From an uncultured Candidatus Saccharibacteria bacterium (GTDB lineage Bacteria > Patescibacteriota > Minisyncoccia > UBA6257 > GWB1-50-10), in assembly GCA_964427645.1 (NCBI GenBank), contig CAYRVA010000001.1, positions 1-24,202 on the forward strand: a stretch of DNA of 24,202 bases. The letters are read 5' to 3'. The position numbers were made by a program, and so were the translations under genes. The notes under the pieces are model-generated. The model searched no databases and had not been told where the DNA came from. It saw only the letters and a program-made list of their open reading frames with translations. Below, piece after piece: positions 17,230-22,455 of the stretch (positions are counted from its first letter, which is position 1; each line of letters opens with the position of its first letter).

Positions 17230-17544
17230 ATGAGGGAGCGCCAGACCTTCCGGGAAAAAGTCTATGCGATCGCGAAACGCATACCGCGCGGGCGGGTCGC
17301 AACGTACGGCGGACTCGCGCGCCTGGCCGGCCGCCCGGGCGCCGCGCGGGCCGTCGGATTTTTCATGAAAACCAACCCTTTCTCGCCCCAGGTCCCCTGC
17401 CACCGGGTCGTGGCCTCGGACGGGGCGTTAACGGGATATTCCGCGAGGGGCGGCTTGAAGAAAAAGGAGGCGATGCTGAAACGCGAGGGCGTCAAATTCA
17501 AAGGCAAACGCGCCGACCTTATAAGGTCCAGGTGGCCGAAATAA
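17230..17544 (+). CDS. Single-domain O6-alkylguanine-DNA alkyltransferase (MGMT family)
   Basis: IP.G.V.TYG..A...G...AARAVG and active-site PCHRVV. Confidence 0.9.
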   Translation: MRERQTFREKVYAIAKRIPRGRVATYGGLARLAGRPGAARAVGFFMKTNPFSPQVPCHRVVASDGALTGYSARGGLKKKEAMLKREGVKFKGKRADLIRSRWPK

Positions 17545-17571
17545 ACCCCGCCGAAGGATCGGCGGGTTTTT
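17543..17571. terminator. Bidirectional intrinsic terminator
   Basis: AAAC-CCCGCCGA-AGGA-TCGGCGGG-TTTTT between convergent genes. Confidence 0.85.
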
Positions 17572-17590
17572 GTTCTCTTTACTTGCGGGT

Positions 17591-18265
17591 TCAGACGGGT
17601 ACTTCGCTTTCGCTCAATATCCCGATGAGTTCCTTCACTTCGCGGATTTTCGCGTCGATGTCCTCCTGGGAAAACATCTGCTTGGCCCACTCGGTGTGGA
17701 GCTTCAGCGTCTCGTGGAAAGGCACTTCCATTTTGAGCACCTCGATCGGCTTCTTGCCCCATTCGGCCGCCAGGCCGAAAACGACCTGCTGGATCCACGC
17801 CGAATCCAAAGCCTGGCTCACGTCCGCGTCCCGGAGGATCTGGCCGCTCAAGGGCAAGCTTTCCGACGGGACGGTGTAAGGAAACTCCGTCATCCGGATC
17901 AACGGCGAGATATCTTCCAGGCAATCCCGGTCTTCGGGGAGAATATATTTCTCGAGACCCCGAACGGACCTTTCGATGTTCAAATCGTCGTCGCCCATCA
18001 AACCGGAGTGATTGAAGTCATGGAAAATCGCGGCGATCAGGAGGTTGCGCATCTCCCGGCGGTTGAGCTTGTTTCCGTAGAAAAGGCAGGCTTGGTAGCA
18101 CAGCCACAGCACGTGGAACATGTGCCGGAAATTATGATAGGGATTGCTCAAATTCTGGGCGTGATCGAAGATCGCCCGGAAATAACCCTTGAGGTCGCCT
18201 TGGTAAACATCGGCGCTGTTGCTGATGATGGCCGGCAAACTGCCATCGACTCGTGAAGATTCCAT
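17591..18265 (-). CDS. HD-superfamily phosphohydrolase resembling class I cyclic-nucleotide phosphodiesterases
   Basis: NPYHNFRHMFHV, AAIFHDFNHSG, LIRMTE, ILRDADVS; AAGGAG SD. Confidence 0.8.
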   Translation of the reverse strand: MESSRVDGSLPAIISNSADVYQGDLKGYFRAIFDHAQNLSNPYHNFRHMFHVLWLCYQACLFYGNKLNRREMRNLLIAAIFHDFNHSGLMGDDDLNIERSVRGLEKYILPEDRDCLEDISPLIRMTEFPYTVPSESLPLSGQILRDADVSQALDSAWIQQVVFGLAAEWGKKPIEVLKMEVPFHETLKLHTEWAKQMFSQEDIDAKIREVKELIGILSESEVPV

Positions 18266-18308
18266 TTTCTGCTCCTTCTTATTGTCGTTGGTTTAAAGGT
18301 TCGCCAGA

Positions 18309-18337
18309 ATCCTACAGCCGGACCCGGCCGCGGTCAA
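18309..18337 (-). promoter_or_regulatory. sigma70-type promoter of the HD gene, TTGACC-N17-TAGGAT
   Basis: Reverse complements of GGTCAA (18332-18337) and ATCCTA (18309-18314). Confidence 0.55.
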
Positions 18338-18343
18338 GAAATG

Positions 18344-18383
18344 AAAATAAAAAGGGACTCGGTAAAAAGCTGCACCGAGCCCC
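18344..18383 (-). terminator. Intrinsic terminator downstream of the Ubl operon
   Basis: GGGGCTCGGT-(10 nt)-ACCGAGTCCC-TTTTTATTTT on the minus strand. Confidence 0.75.
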
Positions 18384-18565
18384 TAGGATGAATCTTGCGC
18401 TTTCGGCTCTTGCGATGAGCGGTTAAGGATCATTCGCCTTTTCGCTTCATGCCAAGCGCCCTACTCGCGGTGGGGTTCGCTAATCTGCCAGGAGGTCCTT
18501 TGTTTGATCGTCCCACTCCCCCTGTCCGGGTTTTTTGGATCTACCTGCGCGTCGACGCAATACCC
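18384..18565 (-). ncRNA. Candidate structured RNA between the Ubl stop and the terminator
   Basis: No convincing ORF; several short hairpins and GNRA-type sequences (GCGA, GCAA, GAAA) on the minus strand. Confidence 0.25.
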
Positions 18566-18590
18566 AGTAAAAACACCGACGCCGGTTTTT

Positions 18591-18914
18591 CTAGTTGCCC
18601 TGAATCTTCGGGACAACCAGAACTATGTCGCCTTCGGCCACTTTCGTGTCCCAGGCAACATTCTCCCAATGCTCACCGACTTTTTCGGCAAGCATTTCGC
18701 CGTTTAGCTGCGGAACGTCCACACCTTTGTGGTCGCCGCCCGCGTCGTATTCGTCGCGCTGGACCGGAAAGGCCGGACCATCCAGACCTTTCTTTTGGCC
18801 GATCTCGACGGCCGCGCGTGACATAACATCGAAGACGGAGAATGGACCGTTTCCTTCCATGTTCAATTCGACGATCGTGCCGGGAACTCTCCCAGCCTTC
18901 ACCAGGATACCCAT
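18591..18914 (-). CDS. Ubiquitin-like (ThiS/MoaD/beta-grasp) protein, 107 aa, ending ...VVPKIQGN
   Basis: AAAGGAG SD before ATG 18914; beta-beta-alpha start; 'QLNGE' and 'WDTKVAEGDIVLVVP' match the ThiS/MoaD C-terminal signature; co-operonic with E1, JAB and E2. Confidence 0.85.
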   Translation of the reverse strand: MGILVKAGRVPGTIVELNMEGNGPFSVFDVMSRAAVEIGQKKGLDGPAFPVQRDEYDAGGDHKGVDVPQLNGEMLAEKVGEHWENVAWDTKVAEGDIVLVVPKIQGN

Positions 18915-18927
18915 AACCACTCCTTTC

Positions 18928-19680
18928 TTAGTTTTTCTTATTTCCTCGTTTACCCCAATCGGTCGCCGTGACCAAAATGGGGCGAATGCACAACATTTCG
19001 TAATTACTGTGTTCATTGGCCGCGGGCGCGACCGTGACTACCGGAGACATTTCTTCGCCAGCCACGAATTTCACGAGCTTGTGCGCTGCGAGTCCGGCGA
19101 CGGCCGCGACGGTCGTCGCGATCGCCCGGTAGGTGCAAGCCGATTCTTCGCCTTCTCCGTCGGAGAAAAGCGACTCATCGAAGCCTTGCACGTCGCGGCG
19201 ATTGGTCGGCCGAACGGTGTGGATGATTCCGATCTCGGCCCCAAGACGGGTCTCGACCATCAACTTAACGTCCAAATGGAATTTGATGGCCTTTTCCCAG
19301 ATCTCCTTCCGGGAGCTCATTGTATCCGTACAGAGGAATACTATTCCCGAAAGCTTCTTGGTCCCGTCGACCTTTTCGCGGTGCGGTACTACTTCCGTGC
19401 CGCAATCCGCTAGCAACCGGCTCGCCAAGGCTTCCACTTTGGTCTTACCCACGTCCTGCCGGCCATAAACTTGGTTAGGCAGATTATGGGGCTCGATCGT
19501 GTCGAAATCCCAGGCGTGGATCTTCCTTATCCCCATTTTGGCGAGAAGGTACGCGATCCAACTACCCGTGGCTCCGACACCGATAACGTGGACCTCTTCG
19601 TTGAAAGCCTCGGGATTGAAGACGTCCAATTGACGCCAGTAGTCCGGCGATGCAACGGCCACCTCATCCCGGGATTCCAT
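18928..19680 (-). CDS. ThiF/E1-like Ubl-activating enzyme (250 aa)
   Basis: YWRQ arginine finger, GVGATGS nucleotide loop, DFDTIEPHNLPNQ, DVGKTKV, CTDTMSSR, crossover-loop Cys in EESACTY; no CxxC Zn pairs. Confidence 0.9.
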   Translation of the reverse strand: MESRDEVAVASPDYWRQLDVFNPEAFNEEVHVIGVGATGSWIAYLLAKMGIRKIHAWDFDTIEPHNLPNQVYGRQDVGKTKVEALASRLLADCGTEVVPHREKVDGTKKLSGIVFLCTDTMSSRKEIWEKAIKFHLDVKLMVETRLGAEIGIIHTVRPTNRRDVQGFDESLFSDGEGEESACTYRAIATTVAAVAGLAAHKLVKFVAGEEMSPVVTVAPAANEHSNYEMLCIRPILVTATDWGKRGNKKN

Positions 19681-20389
19681 CTTCCGACTCTCCTTTCTTG
19701 TCCAGAGATTCGATGACACCCGGTCGAACGAAACTGAACCGGGCGGTCGATACGAAACCTCGGCTCACCTTTTGTTTCAGTTCCTCCACGATGCGCCCAC
19801 GGAGATCTTCCCTTTCCGGTTCGTAAACCGACCAGGGAACATCGATGACCCGCATTTTGCGGTCGTAGAAGAACACTTCAAAACGGAGGTTGCCGCTTTT
19901 GTTGGCTATCCCCATGATGAAATAATCGGCGCCTTCCCCAAATCGGTACATCGAAGCGAGGTCGCCGTAATCATTCGGGCCGTATGAACCGGAGGGGGCG
20001 ACTCCCATGTTAACGTGAGAATGACCCCAGAATCGGACGGCGTTGGCCTTTTCCACCCCGTCAGGCTCAGTGAGCATTTTGGTGAAGAATTCACCCACGC
20101 TTTTCTGATCCAACTTGGTTTCCGAGAAGCCGACTTCCTGCTCGAAAAGGAAAACCTCTTCTATCATGAACGTCATGCCATCCCGGCGAACGGTGCCGAG
20201 CCAACTGACTTCTTCGGGAGATTCGGACACGATGTAATACATCGTGTCGTAAGCTTCCCGGGAAATGAGGATGGTCGGCATCCCTCCGAGAACTTCCGTC
20301 TCGGTCTTGAACTGATGGGGCGTGAAACGGTTCGCCGCCCCGAAATACCGTGCCGTCACGCGGAACGGCGAAGGACGATCTTTCTTCAT
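19664..20389 (-). CDS. JAB/MPN+ (JAMM) metallo-isopeptidase-like protein
   Basis: N-terminal Glu strand (EEVSWLG) and WGHSHVNMGVAPSG...D; ATGA overlap with the E2 stop; AAAGGAGG SD. Confidence 0.85.
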   Translation of the reverse strand: MKKDRPSPFRVTARYFGAANRFTPHQFKTETEVLGGMPTILISREAYDTMYYIVSESPEEVSWLGTVRRDGMTFMIEEVFLFEQEVGFSETKLDQKSVGEFFTKMLTEPDGVEKANAVRFWGHSHVNMGVAPSGSYGPNDYGDLASMYRFGEGADYFIMGIANKSGNLRFEVFFYDRKMRVIDVPWSVYEPEREDLRGRIVEELKQKVSRGFVSTARFSFVRPGVIESLDKKGESEDGIPG

Positions 20390-21885
20390 CTGATTTCCTC
20401 CTTTGATTCTTTTTGGACCTTCGGCCAGCTATCTATGTACTTCCCGGCCATATCATCAACGTTCACGCTCTGCAGATACTGAATCGCCAGCATGGCGACG
20501 ACAGAGTATTCGTACGCCCCAATGTATTGAGGGATAGCTTCCTTCAAGTTCCCGAGGCAAGGCTCGCCATTGGGAAACACGTGCGGAGCGTGCATCTTTT
20601 CCTTGGAACCGTTGACCCGCCGGGTCAGGTTGAACATACGGACCCCACCATTGGACCCATCCGTATAGATGTCTATACGAAAATTGCCAATATCATACGT
20701 CGAACCTCCTTGCTCGACGTAGATCCGGTCGGTAAAAACGGAGATCACGTTATCTTCTACTTTCACGGCGGTAATGTGGGGCAGATCGAAGAGTTTGTCG
20801 AACTCGGCGGCGTAGCGTTCGATTATCTGCGGCCTTGTGGCCTCCAGTTGCTCGAGCTTACGCTCCTGACCGTCGCAAATACGGATTTGCTCGACCACCT
20901 CCCTTTGTGCTTCCTCATAGGCGGCTCGCGCCGCTTTGATCTTTCGGCGTGTATCTCCGACGGTCACTTCGAACCGCTTCGAACAGGCCCTGGCCCACTC
21001 TTCGCGTGATTTTTTCCGCTCGGCTTCGCGGATCTGGTCCAGGAGCGCGGCGACTTTCTTAGGGTCTCTTTCGATAACCAACGGCAAGAGTTCACAGATC
21101 AGCTCTTCCGCCAATTTGTAGACGCCCCTTTCCGGGCAGCCTCCCAAATTGGATATGCGGATGTAAAGCCCGCCGGTGACGTAGTGCGCCACTAGGTGCT
21201 CTCTTTCTTTCTGCCGTGCGCCAGACATATGCCAGCTATCCTGCTCGAAGATCAGGTAAAATTTGCCGTCCGTCGGTATTCCCTCTTCTTTCGGAGGAGA
21301 GAAGGATAGAACGGTCGGCAGATCGATCTCTTTTTGGTCGACCACCCAATCCCTTATGGCGCGAGCCAGATTCTTCCAATGATCACAGGGGTACTGGGAG
21401 TGAGCGTCGACCGTGAACAATTCCTTTCGCGCTTTCGCGGCGGCCGCACGTTTTTCCAGTTTCTCGCGGGTCGCCGGATCTTTCAACGCCGTGTAGCACT
21501 GCATTATCCCCGCCATGAGACTTATTCCCGTCCCGGCATGAGGAAGATCGAAGAGAACGTAAAGCGTGCCTTCATGCACCTCCCCCACCACCTGCTCGGT
21601 TATGGGGTCGATGAGCGGCAGCCCTTCTCCCGTCGGCTTTAAAGCATCGCATTGGCCTTCAGCCAATTGAACGCCGAAAGCCGACCCGATTTTAGCCTTG
21701 GATGTCCCTCTTGGCACCGACCAAAACTTGATGAACAGCTTACCTTCCGCTTTTTCCGGCGGAGATGGTACGCCATGTGGATTCGAAACGATCAAATCCA
21801 CGCCCAAAAGATCGGCATAATCCTGGAGTGTTGACTCGATCTCGTCCGCTAACTCGAGATCATCGCCTCTGAATTCAACCTTCAT
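20386..21885 (-). CDS. Multidomain protein: duplicated N-terminal domain, coiled coil and C-terminal prokaryotic E2/UBC-like domain
   Basis: HAPHVFPNGEPCLGN (Cys443) resembles the E2 HPN...G.ICL flap and active site, followed by QYLQSVNVDD...W; AAAGGAGG SD. Confidence 0.8.
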   Translation of the reverse strand: MKVEFRGDDLELADEIESTLQDYADLLGVDLIVSNPHGVPSPPEKAEGKLFIKFWSVPRGTSKAKIGSAFGVQLAEGQCDALKPTGEGLPLIDPITEQVVGEVHEGTLYVLFDLPHAGTGISLMAGIMQCYTALKDPATREKLEKRAAAAKARKELFTVDAHSQYPCDHWKNLARAIRDWVVDQKEIDLPTVLSFSPPKEEGIPTDGKFYLIFEQDSWHMSGARQKEREHLVAHYVTGGLYIRISNLGGCPERGVYKLAEELICELLPLVIERDPKKVAALLDQIREAERKKSREEWARACSKRFEVTVGDTRRKIKAARAAYEEAQREVVEQIRICDGQERKLEQLEATRPQIIERYAAEFDKLFDLPHITAVKVEDNVISVFTDRIYVEQGGSTYDIGNFRIDIYTDGSNGGVRMFNLTRRVNGSKEKMHAPHVFPNGEPCLGNLKEAIPQYIGAYEYSVVAMLAIQYLQSVNVDDMAGKYIDSWPKVQKESKEEIR

Positions 21886-21975
21886 TGTTTCCTCCTTTCG
21901 CCTTTGAGCATCATTCGGCTCGCCGGCATTTTTATTTGTCTGTCATTCCTAAGGTTGTCAATTCGTCTGGCCAAG

Positions 21976-22035
21976 ATAATATATCATTTACGTTTACTTG
22001 TCAATTTGACGGGCCAAGTTATTTATTGTTAAATT
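21976..22035. promoter_or_regulatory. Back-to-back divergent sigma70-type promoters
   Basis: Minus: TTGACA (22004-21999)-N17-TATTAT (21981-21976). Plus: TTGACG (22006-22011)-N18-TAAATT (22030-22035) with an extended TG. The two -35 boxes form the palindrome GTCAA-T-TTGAC. Confidence 0.6.
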
Positions 22036-22161
22036 ATCAGTGCTCAAGAGGTATTTTGAGCCGGAAATAAAGACCAACGATCTTTGAAAATTTTAAAGAG
22101 GTCAAACGGTCACATCTCGTCACCAACCGATCAAACAGGTCAGAAAGGAGCAATCGTGATC

Positions 22162-22455
22162 ATGGACCAAAAACGGACGAAAGGGTTCGTTATTGGCTCC
22201 TCCACCGCATCGAAAGGACGCATTGTCTGGAAGGTGCGCGTGGAAGATCCAGCTAGTCCGCATAACGGGCAGAAGCTTGTCGTCGCTTCGATCCAAGGAG
22301 GATTGGAGTTGGCTCAAGGGTTGAACGTCGACTTCGCTGTCGGGACGGTCGACGGCCCACTCGGAACGAAGATTCTCCGGGCGGTCGACGTACGCCTCGA
22401 AGACCCCGACGATGTCCCGAACATCAATCAGGTCAAAAGAACAGGAGGTCAGTAA
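22162..22455 (+). CDS. Small OB-fold/cold-shock-like beta-barrel protein ending ...KRTGGQ (alternative start GTG 22156)
   Basis: AAAGGAG SD at 22144-22150; five predicted beta strands; 'GLNVDFAVGT..GP.G....RAVDVR' recalls the CSD 'G..V.F....G.KG..A.NV' pattern; TAATG coupling to arc. Confidence 0.6.
   Translation: MDQKRTKGFVIGSSTASKGRIVWKVRVEDPASPHNGQKLVVASIQGGLELAQGLNVDFAVGTVDGPLGTKILRAVDVRLEDPDDVPNINQVKRTGGQ

Noticed and set aside
18400-18530. c-di-GMP-I (GEMM) or other riboswitch controlling the HD/PDE gene
   Set aside because: Only fragments resemble it (GAGTGGGACG; GCGAACC plus a GNRA hairpin) and the GCAAAGC and CUAA elements are not in register. The HD gene also has its own promoter downstream of the terminator. 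A cmscan run would settle it.
18591-19680. ThiS/ThiF or MoaD/MoeB pair for thiamine or molybdopterin synthesis
   Set aside because: No thiG, thiO, moaE or rhodanese nearby; the Ubl lacks terminal GG; the operon includes an E2-like domain with Cys and a JAB peptidase.
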